A stretch of 58,402 bases of DNA from a virus. Taxonomy: Duplodnaviria > Caudoviricetes. Both the position numbers and the translations under genes were made by a program. The stretch covers positions 1 to 58,402 of IMG/VR virus record IMGVR_UViG_3300035701_000037, one strand, 5' to 3'. Positions 35,734 to 44,193 of the stretch are shown here, one piece after another (position 1 is the stretch's first letter; the number at the start of each line of letters is the position of its first letter). The notes beneath the pieces were generated by a model, which ran no database searches, had not been told where the DNA came from, and saw only the letters and a list, made by a program, of their open reading frames with translations.

Positions 35734-35841
35734 ACAACTGAATAAGCCGCCTGCCGGCGTTGTGATGACGAGGCAGGCATCTCGCGACTCTTGCAATCAT
35801 CGAGGGTCATGGGATGCCTGCCTCTTTCTTTTTGGCAGGCG
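35734..35841 (+). ncRNA. cis-regulatory leader 2 (ACAACUGAAUA plus antiterminator/terminator)
   Basis: gcctgcc/ggcaggc versus terminator gaggcaggcatctc/gggatgcctgcctc-TTTCTTTTT; 21/22-nt core shared with leader 1. Confidence 0.7.
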
Positions 35842-35881
35842 CAGGAGCGGGCGGCAATCACGAAGCCAACCGAGATCGACG

Positions 35882-36064
35882 ATGCCGGTTCACGAAGTCT
35901 CTGGCGGGTGGCAATGGGGCAAGCATGGCAAGGTCTACCCCACTAAAGCCCAAGCCGAGGAGCAAGGCCGAGCGGCCTTTGCTTCGGGATATCGAGGGCA
36001 ACGTGCAGGGCGTGTGCGAAAGGCCACGCGCCGGTTCAAAGCCGGCCGGCGCCCGGGGAGATAA
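35882..36064 (+). CDS. small phage protein
   Basis: MPVHEVSGGWQWGKHGKVYPTKAQAEEQGRA. Confidence 0.6.
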   Translation: MPVHEVSGGWQWGKHGKVYPTKAQAEEQGRAAFASGYRGQRAGRVRKATRRFKAGRRPGR

Positions 36065-36070
36065 GGGCTA

Positions 36071-36433
36071 ATGGCAGACATCAAGATTGACAATCAGACC
36101 TTTGTGAGTGGCGGATACGGGCCCGGAGAGAGAGCCGACTTGGGGGAGAAGCTGGCCGAGGCAGGGGACGCGGCGGCGATTCGCGAGGCCTTCCTCTACG
36201 TGCCGGACCTCGAGAACCGCAGCGAATGGGGCGGACCTCATCACGAGCTGAGGGGCGATACGCTGGTTGTAAACCGGACGGCAGTTCATGCGAGGCTGGG
36301 CGAATTGCACGGGGCCCGGCATGCCGGCGGTCCGGACTGGCCGCGCGCAGCGAAGATCGCCGCCCTTGCCCATCTACGCAAGCATTATACAGCCATGGAT
36401 GAGGAGATCCCCCCAAAGCCATCGGGCGACTGA
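36071..36433 (+). CDS. head-region protein, paralog of 36444-36806
   Basis: EAF..V...PHHE...D.LVVNR.AV...ALAHLRKHY. Confidence 0.65.
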   Translation: MADIKIDNQTFVSGGYGPGERADLGEKLAEAGDAAAIREAFLYVPDLENRSEWGGPHHELRGDTLVVNRTAVHARLGELHGARHAGGPDWPRAAKIAALAHLRKHYTAMDEEIPPKPSGD

Positions 36434-36443
36434 GGGGCACCAC

Positions 36444-36806
36444 ATGCGCATCAACAACAGCCGGATTTCGGATTTGCCGTGGAACGACGAGGCCATCTTC
36501 GGAGCGGAGCAAGCCCTGGCCGATGCACCCGCCAAGATCCTCGCCGAGGCCTATTGCCACGTGGGCAAGGATGGGCAGCGACTTGGTCTGCACCATGAGG
36601 TCGTGGACGATGAACTGCTTCTGAACCGGCAGGCCATCTATGCAGCGATGAGTCTGTTCCAGGGGCAGCAGGTGCCCACGGTCGGAGGTCTCTCTAGCCA
36701 GGGAGAGGCGACGAGTCCGCAACCGATGCTTGGCATTGCGCGGGCGGACCGCATCAAAGCCCTCGAGCACCTGAGCGAGCATCTAGAGGATTTGCAACAG
36801 AGTTAG
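36444..36806 (+). CDS. head-region protein, paralog of 36071-36433
   Basis: EAY..V...LHHE..DDELLLNRQAI...ALEHLSEH. Confidence 0.6.
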   Translation: MRINNSRISDLPWNDEAIFGAEQALADAPAKILAEAYCHVGKDGQRLGLHHEVVDDELLLNRQAIYAAMSLFQGQQVPTVGGLSSQGEATSPQPMLGIARADRIKALEHLSEHLEDLQQS

Positions 36807-36906
36807 GGATTCGCCCCGGGCAACCGGGGTTACCAGACGCATCCGGCGAGCGGTGAATCACCGGGAGACGCCGACGGGCGGTCAACCACGGGAGGAGACC
36901 AGGATC

Positions 36907-37620
36907 ATGGCTAAGACACCAGAGGAAATCGAAGCGGAACGCAAGGCGCAGGAAGCTGCAGACGAAGCCAAGCGAAAAGCCGATGAAGAAGAGGCGAAAC
37001 GCAAGGCCGATGCTGCGGCCGCAGCCAGCGTTGCAGACAAGGGCGGCTTCAAGGTCACCCTAACTGACGTCCAGCGCAAAGCCCTGCTCGAGGGCAAGCC
37101 GCTCGAGTTGTCGGATGAGCAGTATACCGGCGGCGTCCGAGACCAGGTGGAGAAGGAGAGGCGGTCACGCAGGGCGGCTGAAAAACAGCTGGCCGATATC
37201 GCCAAGCAGCGGGAAGAGGAAGAGAAAAAGGCTCTCGTCGAGCAGGAGAAGTACAAGGAGCTCTACGAGAAGGAAGCGGCGGGCCACAAGACCACTCAGG
37301 ACGCTCGAAATGCCGACGCGATCCGGAGCGCTTTTCTGGTGGCTGCTGTGAGGGCCGGCGTCGTGGACGTGGACCTCGCATTCCTCGCTGCCAAGGCATC
37401 TCCCCTGTTCGCGAAGATCAGCCTCGATGACAATGGCGCCGTCACCGGCGTCAATGAAGTGCTTGAAGACCTCGTCAAGCAGAAGCCTTTCCTGGTTTCC
37501 CAGCAGCGGCAAACGGTAGGCGGGCCGAGCAATCCCAACACAGGGGAATTGCCGGCCCCGAAGACGCTCGCCGAGGCCGGGGACCAACTTGAGTCGAGAA
37601 TGAAGACCGGGCAGGTCTGA
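36907..37620 (+). CDS. capsid scaffolding protein
   Basis: Charged coiled coil, EQEKYKELYE, LVKQKPFL; precedes the capsid gene; RBS ggagg. Confidence 0.8.
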   Translation: MAKTPEEIEAERKAQEAADEAKRKADEEEAKRKADAAAAASVADKGGFKVTLTDVQRKALLEGKPLELSDEQYTGGVRDQVEKERRSRRAAEKQLADIAKQREEEEKKALVEQEKYKELYEKEAAGHKTTQDARNADAIRSAFLVAAVRAGVVDVDLAFLAAKASPLFAKISLDDNGAVTGVNEVLEDLVKQKPFLVSQQRQTVGGPSNPNTGELPAPKTLAEAGDQLESRMKTGQV

Positions 37621-37663
37621 CCGGCCGAGTCCAAGCGGCGAGCCAAATTGAAGGAGGATCGAA

Positions 37664-38647
37664 ATGGCGGCGACGCTTATCACGCTGGCGGAGCTCATCG
37701 TAAAGCTCTATGCCGGCCCGTGGGTCGACGCGCTACAGAAGGAGACCTTCCTGCTCGTCCGCCTGGGTGAGCGGGGCAATGTGAAGACCGGCCGAGGCAA
37801 TGGGATCCGTTGGCCCGTTCGATATGCGGGGAACTCGGCAGTGGGATCGTATGGCGAGGGCGACGCGGCCGGCGGCGCTGGCAACCAGTCCGCCAAGGAG
37901 GCATTCCTTGGCTGGAAGTTCCAGAAGGCCGAGATCTCCATCGGCGGGCCTTCCTTGGCAGTCGGCGCGCAGGGCGGGATGGTAGTTGATCCGCTCCGCT
38001 TTGAGTTGGACAACGGCCTGCTGGACATGCGGGCTGCGATCAATACGCAGATCATGGGTGATGGGACGGGCAACAGCGGCAAGGATTTGACCGGCCTGCT
38101 GGCAGCCCTGGCCGACACCGGGACCTACGCGGGACTTGACCGCGGCAGTTACACCTGGTGGAAGGCATATGTCAATGCGAACGGCGGCACGCCGCGCAAC
38201 CTGACTGAAGCGCTGATGCGCGACGTGAAAAAGACAATGGAGAGCAGAGGCGGCACGCTCACGGCGATCTATGCCGGGGCAAACCAGTGGTACGCCTACG
38301 GCGACCTCTTGCGGGCCGAACGGCGGCAACAGGATCCGCAGACCCTGACCGGCGGCTACCAGGCCCTTGACTTCGAGGGGACCCCGCTCATCAAGGTACC
38401 GGGGTACGTCCAGACGAGGATGGAGTTCGTTGACGAGCGGCTGATCGAGTACCACATGCTCCCGGTCACCAGCGAGAACACGGCGATAGCCGGGCTGCGC
38501 ACAGTGGCCGCGGTCCCGGGCATGCCGGGGTTCGGCATCCTGGTGCTTGGCGCAACCAAGGATGCAGCCGACTTCCAGGTGATCCACTACAGCCAACTCG
38601 TGGTGCGCAATCCCTACCGGATGGGCGTGCTGAAGGACCTGGCCTAA
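37664..38647 (+). CDS. major capsid protein
   Basis: Position after scaffold, 327 aa; GDGTGNSGKDLTGL, TYAGLDR, LTGGYQALDFEGTP, QLVVRNP. Confidence 0.85.
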   Translation: MAATLITLAELIVKLYAGPWVDALQKETFLLVRLGERGNVKTGRGNGIRWPVRYAGNSAVGSYGEGDAAGGAGNQSAKEAFLGWKFQKAEISIGGPSLAVGAQGGMVVDPLRFELDNGLLDMRAAINTQIMGDGTGNSGKDLTGLLAALADTGTYAGLDRGSYTWWKAYVNANGGTPRNLTEALMRDVKKTMESRGGTLTAIYAGANQWYAYGDLLRAERRQQDPQTLTGGYQALDFEGTPLIKVPGYVQTRMEFVDERLIEYHMLPVTSENTAIAGLRTVAAVPGMPGFGILVLGATKDAADFQVIHYSQLVVRNPYRMGVLKDLA

Positions 38648-38672
38648 CCGGGACAAGGAGGAAAAGAGCGAT

Positions 38673-39959
38673 ATGGCAATCACTGACGCTCAAATCGAGC
38701 TTCTCAAGAAGATCTGCCCAGGCCTGAGAGAGATTGATGCCGGCGCGCTGATACGAGCGGCGGAGTCCGGCGGAGTCAGCGAGGGCGCGGGCATCGATAT
38801 CACGGCCGGGGTCATCTCAGCCGACGTGGACGACACCACCGTCTCGGTGGGCGGCTCCGGCATTCAGGTGAAGGCGAAGGGCGTTGACACGGCCCAGTTG
38901 GCCGACGACGCCGTCGAAACGGGGCAGGTCGCTGATTTGGCGATTACCCTGGGGAAGTTGGCCGCTGCGGTCCAGAGCGCGATCGTGTCGAACGCGGTCG
39001 CAGCGCTGGCGGCAGCCCAGAAGATCATCCGCGGCCAGATCACGCTTGCCGGCGCGAACCCGACGACGGTCCAGATCGCCAGCTCTCCCAACAATGCGAC
39101 CTTGCTGGGGACCACCGGGCCGAGCTATCTCCTGACGGTGAACAACACCTTCATCGTCAACCCCAATGCGGTCGGCAACCAGACGTGGACCGTGGCGGGG
39201 ACGGCGGGCACATCGACGGGCACAACGGGCTGCTCGGAGGACATGTCGGCGGCTGCTGACAACAAACTGAAAGTCGCAGTTGATGGCGGCGCGGCTCAGG
39301 TCGCCACTTTCGACTGGACGGCCGGCGGCGGGTGCAACACCGGGGCCAAGATCGCGGCCCAGATGCAGACGGTCATCCGTGCCCTCGGTGGGGACTATGC
39401 GGCGGTCACGGTCGCCTTCTCGACCGACCACTACGTGGTGACCTCGGGCAACAAAGGGACGGCGAGCGTGGTGGTGATCACCGCGGCCGCCGACCACAAC
39501 TGCACCGAGGAACTGAAGCTCGGCGTTGCAGATGGCGGGAGTGAAGCCGCCGGCACCGGGGACGTACCGATCCTGGCGCGGGCAACCGCGGCGCAATGCG
39601 CGGCGAAGATCGCGGCGCTGCACGCCTCGCTGGCCAACACGGCGGCCGAAGGCAATCACATCCGCCTCAACGCCACGGGCTCCGGTGGGTCGAGCAGCCT
39701 GGTGGTCGGGAATGGGACGGAGAACACCGTCCTGGGCTTCACGAACACCCAGGCCGACTACGGAGACGTCGGGTTGGCAGCTGGTCATGCAATGGCGGAT
39801 GCCAACTACACCGTGGTCGTCACTCCACTCACCAACGATCCGGCTGCTGTGGACGTCATCAGCGTCTACAACAAGGCGGCCGGGTCCTTTGACATCTACG
39901 CCGAGACGGCGGTGGCCATTCCGGTCGAGATCATCGTTATCGGCGCGATCGCGAGTTAG
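38673..39959 (+). CDS. structural protein (head decoration or fibre-like)
   Basis: Ala/Gly/Thr-rich beta repeats; follows the capsid gene. Confidence 0.65.
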   Translation: MAITDAQIELLKKICPGLREIDAGALIRAAESGGVSEGAGIDITAGVISADVDDTTVSVGGSGIQVKAKGVDTAQLADDAVETGQVADLAITLGKLAAAVQSAIVSNAVAALAAAQKIIRGQITLAGANPTTVQIASSPNNATLLGTTGPSYLLTVNNTFIVNPNAVGNQTWTVAGTAGTSTGTTGCSEDMSAAADNKLKVAVDGGAAQVATFDWTAGGGCNTGAKIAAQMQTVIRALGGDYAAVTVAFSTDHYVVTSGNKGTASVVVITAAADHNCTEELKLGVADGGSEAAGTGDVPILARATAAQCAAKIAALHASLANTAAEGNHIRLNATGSGGSSSLVVGNGTENTVLGFTNTQADYGDVGLAAGHAMADANYTVVVTPLTNDPAAVDVISVYNKAAGSFDIYAETAVAIPVEIIVIGAIAS

Positions 39960-40021
39960 AGAGTTTCAGGGGCCGGGTCCGGCCGGCCTCTGGATGAACA
40001 GTCCGAATAGAGGAGATTGAA

Positions 40022-40396
40022 GTGCCAGACGATTTCAAACCGATCGAGGATCCCAGGCAGGAGACACCCACGGCGGCCGCGGCACCGCGTGGCGCCAGGG
40101 GCGCAGAAGCGCCGACGCCGTTGGAGATCGGTGTGGCGCCGGGCGCGGCGCCGGCCGGCAACATGACCATCACCGAGATGATGGCCATGGATGAACCGCG
40201 GCGGACCGACATGCTGGAGAAAGCAGTCCAGGCCGGCGTAGTTGTAAACCTGCGCAGTCGCACCGACGCGGATGTGGTCCAGTCCTACGGGGAGTTCATC
40301 CTGAGGCTGGGGCGGAAGTCCAAGCCGTTCACGGCTGCCCATGCCCTGCACCTGCTGTGGTACCGGGGATCTGAGATCGAGGAAGTCCCGGAATAG
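40022..40396 (+). CDS. hypothetical protein
   Basis: RBS aggag; operon position. Confidence 0.55.
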   Translation: MPDDFKPIEDPRQETPTAAAAPRGARGAEAPTPLEIGVAPGAAPAGNMTITEMMAMDEPRRTDMLEKAVQAGVVVNLRSRTDADVVQSYGEFILRLGRKSKPFTAAHALHLLWYRGSEIEEVPE

Positions 40397-40405
40397 GGGG
40401 CGGCC

Positions 40406-40960
40406 ATGGCCACGATGATCGATGCGACCGTAGGGGGCGCGAACAGCAACTCCTACGTGACAACCGATGCAGCGATCGCCTATTTCGCCCAGCGGTTGCG
40501 GTCCGATGCGTGGATGGCTGCCGCCACCGCGGACAGAGAGAAGGCGCTGCTGATGGCCTGCCGCAACATCGAGGCGGCCCGGCCCAGGGTGGACCGCGGG
40601 ACCACGGGCGTGCTGGCGCCGTCCAGCCCGAACCAGGTCCTCTCGTTCCCGCGCGTCAGGGATTCCAAGAGCGGCGCGGGATATTACGTGCCGCAGCCAG
40701 TCAAGGACGCGCAGTGCGAGGAGGCGCTGGCCCTGCTTGCAGGGGGCACCGAGGCAGATCGCAGGCGGACGCTGCAGGCGGCGGGTGTCAGATCCTTCTC
40801 CATCGATGGACTAACCGAAACCTACGGAGAGGGGACCTCCAAGTCCCCGATCGTCAGTGCTGAGGCCCGCGCTCTCCTGGCGCCCTACCTGAGAAGGACG
40901 GGCGTGATAGCGACATCCGATCTTGCCCAGGGCGAGTTCACGCCGGGGAGTCAGCAGTGA
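40406..40960 (+). CDS. head-tail adaptor (DnaT-like annotated family)
   Basis: GANSNSYVT, DREKALLMA, QVLSFPR, VKDAQCEEAL. Confidence 0.8.
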   Translation: MATMIDATVGGANSNSYVTTDAAIAYFAQRLRSDAWMAAATADREKALLMACRNIEAARPRVDRGTTGVLAPSSPNQVLSFPRVRDSKSGAGYYVPQPVKDAQCEEALALLAGGTEADRRRTLQAAGVRSFSIDGLTETYGEGTSKSPIVSAEARALLAPYLRRTGVIATSDLAQGEFTPGSQQ

Positions 40961-41262
40961 TCGCAGGTTACCTGGCCCAGGACATCTCGCACAAACCGAA
41001 GACCGGCGTGGACGGCTACGGTCAGCCGGCTTTCGGCACGCCAGCGCACACGAAGGGTCGCTGGCTCGAAAAGAACCGCCTGGTGCGCAATGCGCAGGGT
41101 GAGCAGAAGACCTCGGAGATCACCGTGACCCTCCTGGCGGGTTGTCCGGCCGTGGTGGGCGATCAACTCTCCCTGGACGGGACTACCTGGCACACAATCA
41201 TAGCCCTCTCGGCATCGCGCGGTCTCAATGGCGAGGTCATGCAGAAGAGGGCCTACCTATGA
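40957..41262 (+). CDS. head closure protein
   Basis: DGYGQP, RLVRNAQGE; position. Confidence 0.7.
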   Translation: MIAGYLAQDISHKPKTGVDGYGQPAFGTPAHTKGRWLEKNRLVRNAQGEQKTSEITVTLLAGCPAVVGDQLSLDGTTWHTIIALSASRGLNGEVMQKRAYL

Positions 41263-41272
41263 GGAGGACACC

Positions 41273-41476
41273 ATGAATGTCAATTGGTACTTGACTCTGA
41301 TCAAGGGCGCCGTGATCGGAGCCCTGGCGATGTTGGGGGTCTATATCGGCGATGTTCAGCATATCCAAGCGGTGCAGGGTATCCCGCCCTGGTGGGCGGG
41401 GCTCGCCGTGATGGCGCTGGAGACGATCCGCGACCTCATCAAGACGCGGTTCGGCAGTTTCGTGCCCAAGGAATAG
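41273..41476 (+). CDS. small two-TM membrane protein (holin-like)
   Basis: Two hydrophobic segments; RBS gaggagg. Confidence 0.55.
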   Translation: MNVNWYLTLIKGAVIGALAMLGVYIGDVQHIQAVQGIPPWWAGLAVMALETIRDLIKTRFGSFVPKE

Positions 41477-41486
41477 GATCGGCCCG

Positions 41487-42047
41487 ATGCCTCAGTTCTA
41501 CCGCCAGACCTATGGCAAGTTCGGGATCCGGTTCACCGGGATGGACCAGGTGATGCGGGGCCTGGCGCCAGGTGGAGAGGTCTGGCAGCGCGTCCAGCAG
41601 GCGCTGATACGCGCGATGACTGAGAATACCGAGGACCTGCTGGGCCGCTCGATGCGCGACGCCCCGATCAAGGAGGGCACGCTTCGGGCGACCGGCACCG
41701 CGGCGGTCTATGTGAATGGCCGGCCCGTGGCCCGGCGCGGTGTTCAGACCCTGCGTTTGGACACGGGCGGGGGGGTCTCGAGGGCGCGCCTGCCACAGAT
41801 GGCGCAACAGGGCATCGAGGTGGAGCAGCGCCTGGCAGAAGGCGGAGCGATCCATGAGGGTCGCCTCGGCGATGCCGTGATCGGCATCGTCGGATTCAAC
41901 ACCCCGTATGCCCTCGTGCAGCACGAGCGGCTCGATTTCCACCACCCGAAGGGCGGCAAGGCAAAGTACCTCGAGGACAACTTGAAACAGCGGGCAGATC
42001 TTTACCAGCGCAATCTGCAGGATCGAGTGGCGGAGGCCCTAGCATGA
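41487..42047 (+). CDS. neck protein (HK97 gp10-like)
   Basis: APIKEGTLR, FNTPYALVQHE, KAKYLE. Confidence 0.8.
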   Translation: MPQFYRQTYGKFGIRFTGMDQVMRGLAPGGEVWQRVQQALIRAMTENTEDLLGRSMRDAPIKEGTLRATGTAAVYVNGRPVARRGVQTLRLDTGGGVSRARLPQMAQQGIEVEQRLAEGGAIHEGRLGDAVIGIVGFNTPYALVQHERLDFHHPKGGKAKYLEDNLKQRADLYQRNLQDRVAEALA

Positions 42048-42445
42048 GCCTGCTGATCGACCAGTTGGCGACCTGGCTGGAGAACCAGCACCTGGGCACG
42101 GTCGGCACGACCATTTTCAAGGTCCACCGGCCGGCCAGCCCAGTCGCCTGCATCAGTCTGCACCCGACCGGCGGGTATCCGCCAGATGGTTACACGCAAC
42201 GCGAGTTCCCGACGGTCATGATTTTCGCCAGGGCGGCCACTTCAGGCGCGGCCCTGCAAAAGGCCTACAGCATCTACAACAGACTCCACGGGAAGCAGAA
42301 CGTGGATCTGGGAGGCGGGATTTCCGCGCTGACGATCCAGGCCGTCAACAGTCCGGCTTATATGGACATCGAGCGGGCGGCCGATCAGGATGCGCACCTC
42401 GCCTCATTCAATTTGCTTTTCGACCTGCGGAGGGCGTCTTCGTAG
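42044..42445 (+). CDS. tail terminator/completion protein
   Basis: LGTVGTTIF, TGGYPP, P.V.I..R; position. Confidence 0.75.
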   Translation: MSLLIDQLATWLENQHLGTVGTTIFKVHRPASPVACISLHPTGGYPPDGYTQREFPTVMIFARAATSGAALQKAYSIYNRLHGKQNVDLGGGISALTIQAVNSPAYMDIERAADQDAHLASFNLLFDLRRASS

Positions 42446-42466
42446 GTCCACAGAGGAGGAATAGGA

Positions 42467-43288
42467 ATGCCAGCAACAATCACGACCGTCAAGCCCGGAG
42501 CGGCGAAAGCGGGGACCAGCCTCACGATCATCGGGACCGGCTTCGCGGACACTCCGAGCGAGACGAAGGTCTATCACCGGAAGCACGGCGCCGCCTCATG
42601 GGAGGCAGTTGACCCGGCGAATGTAGTCTACGTGTCGGCGACGGAACTGACCATCAGCATTGATGATCCCGACACGGACGGGTGGGACAAGGGGCTCAAC
42701 GACGTGGGGGTCTCGACCAGCGCCGGCAGTACTCCCGACGACGAGCTGACCCAGGCCCTGTACTTCTACGGCGCTGGCGCGTTTGCGCCGGATGACGTGA
42801 TCAAGGGAGCGCTCGAGGAGTTCTACATCGAGGGCCTATTCATGGGCCACACGCACGGCGCCTTCGACGCTGACTTCGCAGTCGAGACCTCGGACATCGA
42901 GGTGGAGCAGTCGCTGCTCCCGGTCCGGACGATCAAGTCGGGCGAGAAGTACACGATCAAGGTCCCGTTGGCCGAGGTCAGTCTCGAACATATCAAAGAG
43001 GTCTGGGGCATCTCGGCGACTATCGAAGATCTCGGCAGCGGCAGGCGGCGGCTGACCTTCGGTGGCGACACCCTAATCGCCGAGAAATCGGTCATGGTCG
43101 TTCTCCCAGGCAGGTCAGGCCGGAAGTACTACTGGTTCTTCTATCGCTGCGCGGTCCGCGGATCGGGCACGTTATCCTGGAGCAAGGGCGACCAGGTGGA
43201 TCTGCCCATCGAGCTGACCGTCTTGGCCGACACCAGCAGGCCGGCCGGCGATCAGGTTGGGTTCATGGAAGAGGTCACCGTTACCTAG
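42467..43288 (+). CDS. major tail (tube) protein with N-terminal IPT/TIG domain
   Basis: ITTVKPGAAKAGTSLTIIGTGF; MGHTHG..D.EVEQ..P; PIELTVLAD. Confidence 0.8.
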   Translation: MPATITTVKPGAAKAGTSLTIIGTGFADTPSETKVYHRKHGAASWEAVDPANVVYVSATELTISIDDPDTDGWDKGLNDVGVSTSAGSTPDDELTQALYFYGAGAFAPDDVIKGALEEFYIEGLFMGHTHGAFDADFAVETSDIEVEQSLLPVRTIKSGEKYTIKVPLAEVSLEHIKEVWGISATIEDLGSGRRRLTFGGDTLIAEKSVMVVLPGRSGRKYYWFFYRCAVRGSGTLSWSKGDQVDLPIELTVLADTSRPAGDQVGFMEEVTVT

Positions 43289-43423
43289 GACGGCGACCGA
43301 AAAACGGATAACACACGCGCGGCAATGATGCCGGGCAATGTCGGAGGCGGGTCGCCCCACCTCCCCGGTAGCAGCAGCCGGCCACAGGGCGGCCCGACTC
43401 CGGCCAGTGGAGAGGAGATCAGG

Positions 43424-43873
43424 ATGTCGGAGCAGACGACCGATGCCAGCCCAAAGGTGGCGGAAACCCCGCCGCCGTCACCCTCCGTCATCGAGGTGAT
43501 ATTCCCGCCCGACCGCCAATACAAGATCGGCGACCGGGTAATAACCGTCAAGCCCTCGGTAGGCGGGAAACTCAAGCGGGTCGAGGGCGAGCTCAGGGAA
43601 ATCGGCAAGCACATCGCTGAGAATCATCCAGATTTCGATCTGGAGAAACCAGGTGTGCATCTCGCGCTCGTGGTTCCCTCAATGGTCGGGACCGTATGGC
43701 ACCTCCTGGCGGAGCTTTTCGATATCGAGGAATCCTACCTCGATGACCACCTCACGATCTTGGAGGCGGTCGAGATCATGTCCGCCTGGATCGAAGTGAA
43801 CCGGCTGCCGGACGTACTAAAAAAAGCACTCAGCGCCCGGATGATGCTGGCGGGCATACCGAGTCTCAACTAG
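43424..43873 (+). CDS. tail assembly chaperone (G)
   Basis: Between tube and tape measure genes; slippery site near its 3' end. Confidence 0.75.
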   Translation: MSEQTTDASPKVAETPPPSPSVIEVIFPPDRQYKIGDRVITVKPSVGGKLKRVEGELREIGKHIAENHPDFDLEKPGVHLALVVPSMVGTVWHLLAELFDIEESYLDDHLTILEAVEIMSAWIEVNRLPDVLKKALSARMMLAGIPSLN

Positions 43874-44181
43874 GGATCGCGGGCGCCTACGACTTGCTGG
43901 TGGAGGCGGGATGGGCAATAGAATCGCCGGACGCCTTGACGTGGGGATGGACGCCGGCGCAAATGCTGCTGATGATCCGGGCCGCGGAGCAGCGGCGCGC
44001 CGCGCGGCTGGTCGAACAGGCGCATATCGACTATGCGATCGCCGCGGCGGCACAGGGCGGAAAGAAAGCCTTCGGGGCATTTCGTTCGATGCTGCGAGAT
44101 CTGATGGAACGCGCGGGCCATGTTGAGCAGACCGATGCGGAGGAACTGGCGCGCCGCATGGGGCTCAGGCGAGTCGGGTAG
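43819..44181 (+). other. programmed -1 frameshift (A AAA AAA, 43819-43825) into the GT chaperone extension
   Basis: The -1 frame is open from the heptamer into ORF 43894-44181; lambda G/GT-type arrangement. Confidence 0.75.
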
Positions 44182-44193
44182 GAGCGTGAAGAA

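Noticed and set aside
16852-38570. 57-bp repeat pair as DGR template and variable repeats
   Set aside because: No reverse transcriptase seen; one of the two differences is C/G rather than adenine-specific, and both are synonymous
38673-39959. Contractile tail sheath gene
   Set aside because: It lies before the neck genes and lacks sheath core motifs; the tube, chaperone and tape-measure layout without baseplate J is siphovirus-like
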